In this document: in pieces, positions 1 through 9,934 of the stretch
Numbering within the stretch: position 1 is the stretch's first letter
How the letters are laid out: each line of letters begins with the position of its first letter
From: Alkalispirochaeta sp.
GTDB lineage: Bacteria; Spirochaetota; Spirochaetia; DSM-27196; Alkalispirochaetaceae
Length of the DNA stretch: 64,000 bases
Direction of reading: 5' to 3'
Assembly (NCBI GenBank): GCA_965242725.1
Contig: CBDESZ010000018.1
Coordinates: 96,001 to 160,000 of the forward strand
Notes under the pieces: generated by a model
The model's input: only the letters and a program-made list of their open reading frames with translations
Databases searched by the model: none
What the model was told of the DNA's origin: nothing
Translations under genes and position numbers: made by a program

Positions 1-1080
1 GAAAAAGCGCGGAAACTTCTTCAGCAGTGGGAGAACGGTGACGAGGAAACTCACGAATTATGGCTCCGTATGAACCGCTGGGCCATCGAAGGGATCGAAG
101 AGACCTATGCACGGACGGGCATTTCCTTTGACCACACATATTACGAGAGTGAAACGTACAGACTCGGCCGGGATGAAATTCACAAGGGACTTGAGGAGGG
201 CGTTTTCTATCGCGACGAGAACGGCACCGTCTGGGTGGATCTCACCGACATCGACCTCGACAAAAAGGTTCTCCTCCGGGGGGACGGCACCTCTCTCTAT
301 CTGACCCAGGACATCGGCACGGCGATACAGCGCCATGAGGATTGGCCCTTTGACCGTCTGATCTACGTCGTCGCAAGCGAACAGCGATATCACTTTCAGG
401 TACTCTTTGAAGTGCTGAGAAGGCTGAAGAAGAGCTGGGCCGAAAACCTGTACCATCTCGCATACGGTATGGTGAATCTGCCCGACGGAAAGATGAAGTC
501 ACGGGAAGGTACCGTGGTCGATGCGGACGACCTTATAGACAGGTTACAGGCGATGGCCGCGGAGGAAATTCACGCCAAGGGGCGGACCGACGCCGTCGGC
601 GATGTGGCTGGTACTGCGGAAAAGATCGCCCTTTCGGCACTTCACTATTACCTTCTGCAAACCAGCCCGGTGAAGGACATGATCTTCAATCCCGAGGACT
701 CCCTCTCCTTCACGGGAAATACCGGTCCGTATTTGCAGTATGTCGGAGCCCGGATAACGAGCATGCTACGGAAAGAACATGCCCCCGACGAGATAGAGGT
801 CGCAGCCCCCGAAACCGACGACGAATGGCAGCTGATTCACCATCTCGCCGATTATCCCCGGGTGATCGAGGAGGCGGCGCGGACGTACAATCCCGCCCTC
901 GTCGCCGGCGCGTTGTATGAAATCGCAAAAACCTTCTCCAGGTTCTATCACGATCACCCCATAGCCGTTGCGAAGGATCCGCGGATTCGAGGGCAGCGGC
1001 TCGCCCTTTCCGCGGCAATCGGCAATGTGATGCGACACGGCCTGACGGTGCTCAACATTCCGTTTCTCGAGCAGATGTGA
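1..1080 (+). CDS. argS: Arginine--tRNA ligase (5'-partial)
   Basis: Frame is open from base 1 (EKARKLLQQWENGDEE...). KMKSREG (KMSKS-like) motif, GNTGPYLQY, DALR-type anticodon-binding C-terminus ending in M. Confidence 0.95.
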   Translation, partial: EKARKLLQQWENGDEETHELWLRMNRWAIEGIEETYARTGISFDHTYYESETYRLGRDEIHKGLEEGVFYRDENGTVWVDLTDIDLDKKVLLRGDGTSLYLTQDIGTAIQRHEDWPFDRLIYVVASEQRYHFQVLFEVLRRLKKSWAENLYHLAYGMVNLPDGKMKSREGTVVDADDLIDRLQAMAAEEIHAKGRTDAVGDVAGTAEKIALSALHYYLLQTSPVKDMIFNPEDSLSFTGNTGPYLQYVGARITSMLRKEHAPDEIEVAAPETDDEWQLIHHLADYPRVIEEAARTYNPALVAGALYEIAKTFSRFYHDHPIAVAKDPRIRGQRLALSAAIGNVMRHGLTVLNIPFLEQM

Positions 1081-1087
1081 CGGCGGA

Positions 1088-1107
1088 GTCCTACCAATTG
1101 GTAGGAC
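1088..1107. promoter_or_regulatory. Perfect 20-bp palindrome, candidate enhancer/operator
   Basis: GTCCTACCAATTGGTAGGAC is its own reverse complement. It lies about 110 bp upstream of a sigma54-type promoter. Confidence 0.6.
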
Positions 1108-1212
1108 ATATTGGAAGCATATCCTACATTTCTGTATTTCATACAAACAGGTAGCATTAGAAGAAAGGTGTATCTTTCCGCCGGAGAATGACTTACAATA
1201 ATATACAAAAAT

Positions 1213-1228
1213 TGGCCCGAATATTGCA
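1213..1228 (+). promoter_or_regulatory. sigma54 (-24/-12) promoter of gltBD
   Basis: TGGCCC-GAATA-TTGCA with exact GG-N10-GC spacing, in an AT-rich intergenic region upstream of SD GGAGGA (1251-1256). Confidence 0.75.
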
Positions 1229-1262
1229 TATTAATACGATGAGTATTCAGGGAGGAGCATGA

Positions 1263-4200
1263 ATGCAACACACTATGAGGCCACAAAAGCATCTACTATA
1301 TGATCCGGGCTATGAGCACGACGCGTGCGGGGTCGGATTTGTCGCACATCTTAAAGGGAAGGCCGGATACGATCTGCTGCCGCGGGCACGACAGATCCTT
1401 GAGAGCATGGCTCATCGCGGCGCCGTCGGTGCGGAACGAAACACCGGTGACGGATCGGGTATTCTCACCGCCCTGCCGCATACCTTCCTGGAACGGATAG
1501 CCCGGGACGAGCTCGGGCAAGAGCTTCCGGAGCGGGGACGATACGCAGCGGGACTTGTATTTCTCTCCCGTGACGACGAAGAGCGTAAAGCGTGCGAAGA
1601 CGAGTTTCGCCGCATCACCGAGGCGGAGGGTCAGCGGTTCATCGGCTGGCGGGACGTACCCCGGGACAACTCAATGATCGGCCCCACCGCCCTCCATTCG
1701 GAACCGGTGATCCGACAGGTATTCGTCGCCGCCGACGATAAGGTGACGCCCCAGGAGTTTGAACGAAAACTCTATATTATACGGAAGCAGCTTACCAATT
1801 CACTTCGGGGAAGCGCCAAGGACAAACAGGACACCTTCTATATATGCAGTCTGAGTACAAGAAACATAGTGTACAAGGGCATGCTCACCCCGGAACAGCT
1901 CTTTGACTACTTTCTTGACCTTTCCAACGAGAAGTACCAGACCCACCTGGCGATGGTGCACAGTCGTTTTTCAACCAATACCTTTCCCAGCTGGGACCGG
2001 GCGCAACCGATGCGTTTCATGAGCCACAACGGGGAAATCAACACCCTCCAGGGAAATGTAAACAAGATGCGTGCCCGGGAAGGAGTGATGAAAAGCGATC
2101 TCTTCGGCGCCGATCTCGCAAAAGTGATGCCCGTCATTGAGCCGGACCTCTCAGATTCGGGAACTTTCGACAACGTCCTCGAATTGCTCCTGCAGAGCGG
2201 ACATTCCCTCCCGGAAGCGGTGATGATGATGGTTCCCGAGGCGTGGCACTCACACAGGCATATGCCGGAAATCGGCAGGGCAATGTATGAGTTCATGAGT
2301 ACCGAAATGGAACCGTGGGACGGTCCCGCTTCGATAGCCTTTACCGACGGAAAGGTCATCGGTGCGCTCCTCGATCGCAATGGTCTGCGACCGAGCCGAT
2401 ACTATGTGACCACCGACGATTACGTCGTCATGGCAAGTGAAGTCGGTGTTCTGCCCATCGATCCCCGGAATGTACTGCACAAGGGAAGGTTGCGACCGGG
2501 ACGCATGTTTCTCGTCGACTTTGAAGAAGGTCGAATCGTCGACGATGTGGAACTGAAAAACAGTATCGCCTCACGCTATCCCTTCGGACAGTGGCTGGAG
2601 GAACAGCGCATCACCCTGGGACAGCTTCCGGAACCTGACGATGTATCCGGGCTGGACGACGGTACGATATTGGCCCGTATGCGCGCCTTCGGCTTCACCC
2701 TTGAGCACTTGCGGCTTATCCTCAAGCCGATGGCGGAAAACGCCGCCGAACCGCTTGGCTCGATGGGTAATGATACACCCCTTGCGGTGCTCTCAGACCG
2801 GCCGCGACTCGTATATGACTACTTCAAGCAACTGTTTGCCCAGGTAACCAATCCGCCGATCGACTCAATACGGGAAGATACGATCATGAGCCTCGGTTCG
2901 TACATCGGGCCTGAAGGAAACCTCCTCTCCCATAACGCGGAGGATGCAAAACGGTTATGGCTGGACCACCCGATACTGACAAACGGAGAGCTGCAGAAAC
3001 TTCGTGAAATGGACCACCGCGGGTGGAAAAGCAGGGTCATAGACATCACCTATCCGGCATCGGAGGGCGTGGAGGGGTTGCGCACATCCCTTATGCGAAT
3101 CGCCGATGAGGCGGAAGGGGCGATCGCGGACGGGTACAGCCTGATCATCCTCTCCGATCGTGCCGCAGACCGGGAGCGGGTACCCGTTTCCGCGTTGCTG
3201 GCGACCGGAACGGTTCACCACCGACTTGTCCGTGGTCATAGAAGAACACAAATCGGCATTGTCGTGGAAAGCGGAGAACCCCGGGAAGTCCACCACATGT
3301 GTGCCCTCGTAGGATACGGCGCCGATGCAATCAACCCGTATCTCGCCTATGAAGGGATGTGGCATCTCCAGCAGGAGGGCCAGATCCGTGAAGACCTGAC
3401 ACGGGAAGAGATCGTAGCGGCCTATCACTACGCCCTGCAGAAGGGGATGCGCAAGGTATTCGGGAAGATGGGCATCAGCACCCTTGAAAGTTACAAGGGT
3501 GCCCAGATATTTGAAGCGATCGGACTGGCCGAAGAGGTGATCGACGTCGCATTTGTCGGCACGGCAAGTCGCATTCAGGGTGCAGGCTTTGTGCATCTCG
3601 CCCAGGAAGCGCTGCGACGGCACGCCCTTGGATGGCCCACCGGAAACGAGCCGATCGGCAGTGAATACATCAACCCCGGCGACTATCAATGGCGTACCGG
3701 CGGTGAAAAACATATGTGGGATCCCGAAGGGATCGCCGATCTGCAGCGCGCGGTACGTCAAAAGGACCACGAAGCCTACCGGCGCTATGCGGCGCGTCAG
3801 AATCAGCGCAGTACCGAACAGGCGACGCTGCGCGGCCTCCTGCGATTCAAGAAGGGACGTTCCGTATCCCTGGACGAAGTGGAGCCGGCGGAACTCATCG
3901 TCCGTCGCTTCGTCACCGGCGCGATGAGCTACGGCTCCATCAGCAGAGAGGCCCATGAAACTCTCGCCGTCGCAATGAACCGTATCGGCGGGAAGTCAAA
4001 CACGGGAGAAGGCGGAGAAGACCCGGAACGGTACAAACCGCTCGCCAGCGGTGACAGCAAACGTTCATCGATCAAACAGGTTGCCTCCGGACGGTTCGGC
4101 GTCAATATTGAATACCTCGCCCAGGCGGATGAGTTGCAGATCAAGATGGCTCAGGGTGCAAAACCGGGCGAGGGCGGAGAATTGCCGGGACACAAGGTCT

Positions 4201-5822
4201 TTGAGGAGATCGCAAAGACCCGGTTTTCAACACCCGGTGTCGGCTTGATCAGTCCGCCCCCTCACCACGATATATACTCAATCGAAGACCTGGCCCAGCT
4301 TATCTTTGACCTGAAGAACGGCAATCCCGACGCGCGGGTGAGTGTGAAGCTGGTCAGTGAAATCGGCGTCGGCACCGTCGCCGCCGGCGTTGCAAAGGCG
4401 CGGGCGGACCATATTCTCATCTCCGGACACGACGGTGGAACGGGGGCAAGTCCCCTGACGGGCATCAAGAATGCCGGACTTCCCTGGGAGATGGGTATTG
4501 CGGAAACACATCAGACACTCGTTCTTAACAACCTGCGCAGCCGGGTGGTGCTGCAGACTGACGGACAGATCAAGACGGGCCGGGATGTCGTCATTGCGGC
4601 GATGCTCGGTGCGGAGGAGATCGGCTTTGCCACAAGCGCCCTCATTTCCCTCGGCTGCATCATGATGCGCAAGTGCGAGAAGAACACCTGCCCGGTGGGT
4701 ATCGCCACCCAGGACGATCGGCTGCGCACCAAATTTGCCGGTGATCCCCAGCACGTGGTCAATCTTATGTACTTCATCGCGGAAGACGTGCGGGAAGTGA
4801 TGGCGGAGCTCGGATTCCGCCGCTTTGTCGACATGGTGGGGCGCAACGAGTTTCTCGAGTCAGACGATGCGGTGCGAAACTGGAAAAGTGCCGGTATCGA
4901 TCTCTCGTCCCTGACGACGCCCGTCCAGGCCAACGAGGGGAGCGCCGCGCTCTATTGCATTCAGCGCCAGGATCACGCCCTCGAAGCGATACTCGATCGC
5001 CGTCTCATCCAGGCGGCGGCGCCGCTCTTCTCGGAACGAAAACCGGTATCCGTCGAGATGGCGATCAAGAATACAAACCGCACCACCGGAGCGATGCTGA
5101 GTCATGAAATCGCCAAGCGCATCGGTGCGTATGAATTACCGGACAACTCATTCAAAGCCAAATTTCACGGAAGTGCGGGACAGAGTTTCGGCGCGTGGCT
5201 CGCCAGGGGGGTCACCCTCGAGCTGGAGGGTGACGCCAATGATTACGTGGGCAAAGGGCTCTCGGGGGGGCGCATCATCGTCTATCCTCCCCGCACCGCG
5301 GGATTTGTCGCCGAGGATAACATTATCATCGGAAACGTCGCCTTCTATGGCGCGACCAGCGGTGATGCCTATATCCGCGGTCAGGCTGCGGAGCGGTTCG
5401 GCGTGCGGAACTCCGGAGGTCGCCTGGTCGTTGAAGGCGTCGGTGACCACGGACTTGAGTATATGACCGGTGGCGTCGCCGTCATTCTCGGCGATGTGGG
5501 ACGTAACTTTGCCGCAGGTATGAGCGGCGGATTCGCCTATATATGGGACCCGGAAAAGAAACTGGCCGAGTATATCAACCCCGGCATGGTTGAAATTCTC
5601 GAGCTGGAGACGGAAGACGATGAGAACCTCATCGAACTGTTGAACGACCACATCACCCATACCGGAAGCGACCGGGCACGGCGCATTCTGGATACGTGGC
5701 AAACGACGCGGGGCGAATTTGTACGTGTCATATCACCCCAGTATCGTCGGATTCTTGAACTGCACCGGGAACGGGCGCGTATAAACGCCAGGGAAGAAGA
5801 GATGGAGGTGAGCCGTGGGTAA
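1263..5822 (+). CDS. gltB: Glutamate synthase large subunit
   Basis: HDACGVGF Ntn-amidotransferase Cys, HSRFSTNT, FMN domain (KMAQGAKPGEGG), 3Fe-4S motif CIMMRKCEKNTC, GXGXG C-terminal domain. Confidence 0.98.
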   Translation: MQHTMRPQKHLLYDPGYEHDACGVGFVAHLKGKAGYDLLPRARQILESMAHRGAVGAERNTGDGSGILTALPHTFLERIARDELGQELPERGRYAAGLVFLSRDDEERKACEDEFRRITEAEGQRFIGWRDVPRDNSMIGPTALHSEPVIRQVFVAADDKVTPQEFERKLYIIRKQLTNSLRGSAKDKQDTFYICSLSTRNIVYKGMLTPEQLFDYFLDLSNEKYQTHLAMVHSRFSTNTFPSWDRAQPMRFMSHNGEINTLQGNVNKMRAREGVMKSDLFGADLAKVMPVIEPDLSDSGTFDNVLELLLQSGHSLPEAVMMMVPEAWHSHRHMPEIGRAMYEFMSTEMEPWDGPASIAFTDGKVIGALLDRNGLRPSRYYVTTDDYVVMASEVGVLPIDPRNVLHKGRLRPGRMFLVDFEEGRIVDDVELKNSIASRYPFGQWLEEQRITLGQLPEPDDVSGLDDGTILARMRAFGFTLEHLRLILKPMAENAAEPLGSMGNDTPLAVLSDRPRLVYDYFKQLFAQVTNPPIDSIREDTIMSLGSYIGPEGNLLSHNAEDAKRLWLDHPILTNGELQKLREMDHRGWKSRVIDITYPASEGVEGLRTSLMRIADEAEGAIADGYSLIILSDRAADRERVPVSALLATGTVHHRLVRGHRRTQIGIVVESGEPREVHHMCALVGYGADAINPYLAYEGMWHLQQEGQIREDLTREEIVAAYHYALQKGMRKVFGKMGISTLESYKGAQIFEAIGLAEEVIDVAFVGTASRIQGAGFVHLAQEALRRHALGWPTGNEPIGSEYINPGDYQWRTGGEKHMWDPEGIADLQRAVRQKDHEAYRRYAARQNQRSTEQATLRGLLRFKKGRSVSLDEVEPAELIVRRFVTGAMSYGSISREAHETLAVAMNRIGGKSNTGEGGEDPERYKPLASGDSKRSSIKQVASGRFGVNIEYLAQADELQIKMAQGAKPGEGGELPGHKVFEEIAKTRFSTPGVGLISPPPHHDIYSIEDLAQLIFDLKNGNPDARVSVKLVSEIGVGTVAAGVAKARADHILISGHDGGTGASPLTGIKNAGLPWEMGIAETHQTLVLNNLRSRVVLQTDGQIKTGRDVVIAAMLGAEEIGFATSALISLGCIMMRKCEKNTCPVGIATQDDRLRTKFAGDPQHVVNLMYFIAEDVREVMAELGFRRFVDMVGRNEFLESDDAVRNWKSAGIDLSSLTTPVQANEGSAALYCIQRQDHALEAILDRRLIQAAAPLFSERKPVSVEMAIKNTNRTTGAMLSHEIAKRIGAYELPDNSFKAKFHGSAGQSFGAWLARGVTLELEGDANDYVGKGLSGGRIIVYPPRTAGFVAEDNIIIGNVAFYGATSGDAYIRGQAAERFGVRNSGGRLVVEGVGDHGLEYMTGGVAVILGDVGRNFAAGMSGGFAYIWDPEKKLAEYINPGMVEILELETEDDENLIELLNDHITHTGSDRARRILDTWQTTRGEFVRVISPQYRRILELHRERARINAREEEMEVSRG

Positions 5823-7278
5823 GCCGACGGGATTCATGGATTTTCCACGACAGAAAACGGCGTGGATCGAACCGAAAAAGAGAATTGAGAGCTTTGAAGA
5901 GTTTCGTCGAGAGTTGAACGACGAGGAACGGGAAAAACAGGGTGCCCGGTGCATGGACTGCGGCGTACCCTTCTGTCAGTCGAATTTCGGATGTCCCGTG
6001 GACAACCTCATACCCGAGTGGAATGACCTCATCTATCACGGGCGCTGGGAAGATGCCTTCATTCGCCTGATGAAGACGAACAACTTTCCCGAGTACACCG
6101 GGCGGGTCTGTCCCGCGCCGTGTGAACACGCCTGCGTCCTCGGCATCAACGAACCGGCGGTGACGATAAAGGACAACGAGGCGGCCATTATCGATCGCGC
6201 CTACCGTACGGGCCTCATGCAGCCGCGAATCCCCGCTGTGCGGACGGGGAAGGTTGTCTCCGTCATAGGGAGCGGCCCCGCAGGACTTGCCGCGGCGGAT
6301 CAGCTGAACCAGGCGGGGCATACGGTAACCGTCTATGAGCGACAGGATCGTATCGGCGGATTGCTCATGTATGGTATTCCCAACATGAAACTCGACAAGG
6401 AACTCGTCGAGAGGCGGAACAGACTGATGGAAGCGGAGGGCATTACCTTCAAGACGGGAGTCGATGTTGGCCGGGACGTCCCGGCATTTGACTTGATGTA
6501 CAGAAGTGACGCCGTCGTGGTCGCCGTCGGCGCGACGCAGCCGCGGGATTTGCCCGTTCCCGGACGGGACCTGGAGGGCGTCCACTTTGCGATGGAGTTT
6601 CTCAAGGGTAACACCAAGAGCTACCTCGATTCCCGCCACGCCGACCGCCGGTATATCAACGCCAAAGGGAAAAACGTCATCGTTATCGGCGGCGGTGACA
6701 CCGGAAACGACTGTATCGGTACCGCCGTCAGGCACGGCGCCCGGAGCGTCATTAACTTTGAGTTGCTTCCAAAACCGCCTGAACAGCGTACCAACGAAAT
6801 GCCGTGGCCGACCTTTGCCCGGACCCTGAAGACCGACTACGGCCATGAAGAGGCGGCGACCGCGTACGGAAGAGATCCCCGGGAATACGCGATACTGACC
6901 AAGGAGTTTATCGGTGATGATGACGGACAGCTGACCGCTCTCAGAACGGTCCGTGTTCGCTGGATAAAGGAAGCGGGAGCTCCACCCCGTTTTGAAGAGA
7001 TACCGGGATCCGAAGAAATCTGGGAGGCGGAACTCGTCCTCCTGGCAATGGGGTTCCTCGGTCCCGAGGATTATATCGCGGAAGAGTTAAACATAGAGAG
7101 GGATGTGCGCAGCAACTACCGTGCGGAATTTGACCGGTATACAACCAACATTCCCGGGGTGTTCAGCGCGGGAGACGCCCGGAGGGGACAGAGCCTCGTC
7201 GTGTGGGCGATCAAGGAAGGCCGCGGAGCCGCCAGGGAGGTTGACCGCTATCTCATGGGGCGAACCCTCCTGGAATAA
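5815..7278 (+). CDS. gltD: Glutamate synthase small subunit
   Basis: MGKPTGF start, RCMDCGVPFC and GRVCPAPC Fe-S motifs, GSGPAG and GGGDTG nucleotide-binding motifs; overlaps the gltB stop. Confidence 0.97.
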   Translation: MGKPTGFMDFPRQKTAWIEPKKRIESFEEFRRELNDEEREKQGARCMDCGVPFCQSNFGCPVDNLIPEWNDLIYHGRWEDAFIRLMKTNNFPEYTGRVCPAPCEHACVLGINEPAVTIKDNEAAIIDRAYRTGLMQPRIPAVRTGKVVSVIGSGPAGLAAADQLNQAGHTVTVYERQDRIGGLLMYGIPNMKLDKELVERRNRLMEAEGITFKTGVDVGRDVPAFDLMYRSDAVVVAVGATQPRDLPVPGRDLEGVHFAMEFLKGNTKSYLDSRHADRRYINAKGKNVIVIGGGDTGNDCIGTAVRHGARSVINFELLPKPPEQRTNEMPWPTFARTLKTDYGHEEAATAYGRDPREYAILTKEFIGDDDGQLTALRTVRVRWIKEAGAPPRFEEIPGSEEIWEAELVLLAMGFLGPEDYIAEELNIERDVRSNYRAEFDRYTTNIPGVFSAGDARRGQSLVVWAIKEGRGAAREVDRYLMGRTLLE

Positions 7279-7312
7279 GGTCTCCCGGAGCATCACCTTC
7301 TGTGATAACCCC

Positions 7313-7341
7313 TTGACGAGGAGCTGCCATAACGGTTTAAT
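7313..7341 (+). promoter_or_regulatory. sigma70 promoter of the rplU operon
   Basis: TTGACG-N17-TTTAAT. Confidence 0.6.
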
Positions 7342-7371
7342 AACGGGCTCATACTAACTGGAGTAATATCG

Positions 7372-7689
7372 ATGTACGCACTTGTAGAGATTAAAGGAAA
7401 GCAATACCGGGTGGAGAAAGACGGGGTAATTACCGTTGATCACCTGGATGGAGAAGAGGGAAGTACCGTCGAATTTTCCGACGTGGTGCTGCTCCACACG
7501 GACAAGGCCGTCAATGTCGGAACACCTTTTGTAAAGGGAGCGTCCGTTACCGCTGAGATCGATCACCATATGCGAGACCGCAAAGTCACGGTCTTCAAGC
7601 ACAAACGGCGAAAGAACTATCGGCGGACCAAGGGCCACCGGCAGCACTATTCAGTCATCCGCGTGAAGGATATCGTCGGCGGAAAATAA
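7372..7689 (+). CDS. rplU: 50S ribosomal protein L21
   Basis: MYALVEIKGKQYRV...KRRKNYRRTKGHRQ. Confidence 0.97.
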   Translation: MYALVEIKGKQYRVEKDGVITVDHLDGEEGSTVEFSDVVLLHTDKAVNVGTPFVKGASVTAEIDHHMRDRKVTVFKHKRRKNYRRTKGHRQHYSVIRVKDIVGGK

Positions 7690-7695
7690 GAAGGA

Positions 7696-8019
7696 ATGAT
7701 CCGCGTCACGATCACCCGACGCAACGGAGTTCTGCATCGCATCCAGTCCCGCGGCCACGCGCTGCGCTCAGGTGCGGAGAGCAGCGCACCCTGCGCCGCC
7801 GTTTCGGTATTGCTCAAGTCCTTCGGACTTGCGCTGACCGACCGGGCCGGGTGTTCAGTAGAGGGTTCCGTTCCCCGGGAAGGAACGTACGACGTGATCT
7901 GTAATGGATGTGATGACGCCGCATGGTACGGCGGAATCACCGAGCTCTTTGAGCGCAGCCTCAGGGAGATTCAGGGGACGTGGCCGTCGGAGGTCACAGT
8001 CACCTATTACGAGGAGTAA
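7696..8019 (+). CDS. prp: Ribosomal-processing cysteine protease Prp (YsxB) family
   Basis: Located between rplU and rpmA; SRGHA and PCAAVS His/Cys dyad motifs. Confidence 0.8.
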   Translation: MIRVTITRRNGVLHRIQSRGHALRSGAESSAPCAAVSVLLKSFGLALTDRAGCSVEGSVPREGTYDVICNGCDDAAWYGGITELFERSLREIQGTWPSEVTVTYYEE

Positions 8020-8023
8020 CGAT

Positions 8024-8281
8024 ATGGCACATAAAAAGGGCGGTGGCAGTTCCAAAAACGGTCGTGATTCAAATGCCCAACGTCTTGGAGTAAAACGGTT
8101 TGGCGGTGAACTTGTAAGCGCCGGATCGATCATTATACGTCAGCGTGGAACCAGAGTGCATCCCGGTCTCTTTGTGGGGCGTGGGAAAGACGACACTCTC
8201 TTCGCCAAGGCGGACGGGACGGTGAAATTTCACACCCGCCGCGGCAAGAAACTGGTATCCATCGAGCCCGCAGCGGAATAA
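8024..8281 (+). CDS. rpmA: 50S ribosomal protein L27
   Basis: [24 protein letters not shown] at 8011-8016 places the start at 8024. Confidence 0.97.
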   Translation: MAHKKGGGSSKNGRDSNAQRLGVKRFGGELVSAGSIIIRQRGTRVHPGLFVGRGKDDTLFAKADGTVKFHTRRGKKLVSIEPAAE

Positions 8282-8283
8282 CG

Positions 8284-9339
8284 TTGTTTGCAGATGAAGC
8301 GGAAATCGTCGTTCGCTCCGGTCACGGAGGAGCGGGGGCGGTTTCTTTTCGACGGGAAAAGTACGTACCCAAGGGCGGTCCCGACGGCGGCGACGGCGGT
8401 CGCGGTGGTGATGTCGTCTTTCAGGTGAAGCGGAACGTGAAAACGCTGTCGCATCTCAAGATGCAGCAGCGTTTTTTTGCGTCCAACGGGAAGAACGGCA
8501 GCGGTCGACAGAAAGACGGAGCCGCCGGAACGGACGCGGTCATAGAAGTACCGCCGGGAACCGTTGTATTTGACGCGGAGAGCGACGAACAGCTCCTCGA
8601 TCTCACCGAGGAAAACCGAAAGGTCGTTCTGCTCTCCGGCGGACGGGGTGGAAAGGGAAACACCCATTTCAAGAGCTCCCGCCATCAGACACCGCGTTTC
8701 GCCCAGGACGGTGAAGAAGGTGTTGAAAAACGACTTCGGGTAGAGCTGCGTATCATCGCCGATGTCGGATTTGTGGGTCTCCCCAACGCCGGAAAGTCGA
8801 CGCTCCTCAAGGTGCTCACCGCTGCCAATCCCAAGATAGGCAACTATCCCTTTACAACGGTTGTTCCCAATCTGGGAGTCATGCACCACTTCGGTCAGGA
8901 TGTGGTCCTTGCGGACATCCCCGGCATCATTAAAGGTGCCCATAACGGCGCGGGACTGGGTATCCGTTTTCTGAAACACATCGCCCGGACCCGGGGACTG
9001 GTCTATCTCATCGATTGTTCCGACGGTGACCTGGAGGAAACGTATCGTGTCCTCCGGGAAGAACTTTCTTCATTTTCCCGGGAGCTCGCGGAAAAACCGC
9101 ATATTCTCGTCATATCGAAGAGCGACTACATCGCTGCCGGTGAGGTTGACGGAGGAAAGGTTCAGCGTTTTCTTTCGGAAGAACGAGGGTCCTCCGGATC
9201 GATTCTCGACCGCCTTGTCGTATCGGCTGCGACAACGGAAGGAATTGAGTCACTGAAAAGCTCTCTCATTCGACTCGCCGCGCCGTCCCGCGGCAGCGAC
9301 GGTCCGTCCGAAGAGGATGCCCCCGGTGACGCCGGCTGA
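8284..9339 (+). CDS. obgE: GTPase ObgE/CgtA
   Basis: Gly-rich Obg fold (FRREKYVPKGGPDGGDGG), GLPNAGKS, YPFTT, DIPG; TTG start. Confidence 0.96.
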   Translation: MFADEAEIVVRSGHGGAGAVSFRREKYVPKGGPDGGDGGRGGDVVFQVKRNVKTLSHLKMQQRFFASNGKNGSGRQKDGAAGTDAVIEVPPGTVVFDAESDEQLLDLTEENRKVVLLSGGRGGKGNTHFKSSRHQTPRFAQDGEEGVEKRLRVELRIIADVGFVGLPNAGKSTLLKVLTAANPKIGNYPFTTVVPNLGVMHHFGQDVVLADIPGIIKGAHNGAGLGIRFLKHIARTRGLVYLIDCSDGDLEETYRVLREELSSFSRELAEKPHILVISKSDYIAAGEVDGGKVQRFLSEERGSSGSILDRLVVSAATTEGIESLKSSLIRLAAPSRGSDGPSEEDAPGDAG

Positions 9340-9934
9340 CGTATTTTTCGGGGGGACCTTTGATCCACCTCATCTGGGCCACCTCATCATCGCATCAGAG
9401 GTGGTATCCACCCTGGGTGCGGAGCGACTTCTCTTTGTACCGGCCGCGCAGAATCCCTTTAAAGAGCACGGTCCCATGGCCTCCGGCAGTGATCGCCTCA
9501 AAATGATACAGGTCATGACAAACGGTGATTCCCGTCTTTCGGTTCATTCCTTTGAAATCGACCGTCCCGGTCCGTCCCGTACCTATGATACCATTGAAAG
9601 CCTCATCCGGGATGGTACACTCATCGACGATCCGTGGATGGTAATCGGTGATGAACTTCTTCCTGATGTGACTCGCTGGTACCGGGGGCAGGAGCTGCTG
9701 CGCCGGGTGCGCCTCGCGGTTGTGCGCCGGGGAGCGCCGGAGACGTCCGGATCAGGCGAAAAACGCCTGGAGGTCCTCCATCAACAGGGGCGACTTGCGT
9801 ACGTGAACAATCCGTTCATCGGAATCTCTTCCCGGGATATCAGAACGCGATTGCGTGAAGGGCGATCGATAAAGTACCTTGTCACCGACGACGTGTATGA
9901 CTATATCAGACAGTTTTCCCTCTATCTCCAATGA
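9317..9934 (+). CDS. nadD: Nicotinate-nucleotide adenylyltransferase
   Basis: GGTFDPPHLGH, ISSRDIR; start uncertain. Confidence 0.92.
   Translation: MPPVTPADVFFGGTFDPPHLGHLIIASEVVSTLGAERLLFVPAAQNPFKEHGPMASGSDRLKMIQVMTNGDSRLSVHSFEIDRPGPSRTYDTIESLIRDGTLIDDPWMVIGDELLPDVTRWYRGQELLRRVRLAVVRRGAPETSGSGEKRLEVLHQQGRLAYVNNPFIGISSRDIRTRLREGRSIKYLVTDDVYDYIRQFSLYLQ

Noticed and set aside
2955..6846. Long antisense ORFs (e.g. 2955..3956, 5728..6846; also 31341..32474 and 57481..58455)
   Set aside because: Shadow ORFs of conserved genes in GC-rich DNA, with no recognisable motifs.
7904..8023. 40-codon open frame upstream of rpmA as a Prp-cleaved extension
   Set aside because: It overlaps prp, lacks a cleavage-motif-like end and an SD; the strong SD points to 8024.
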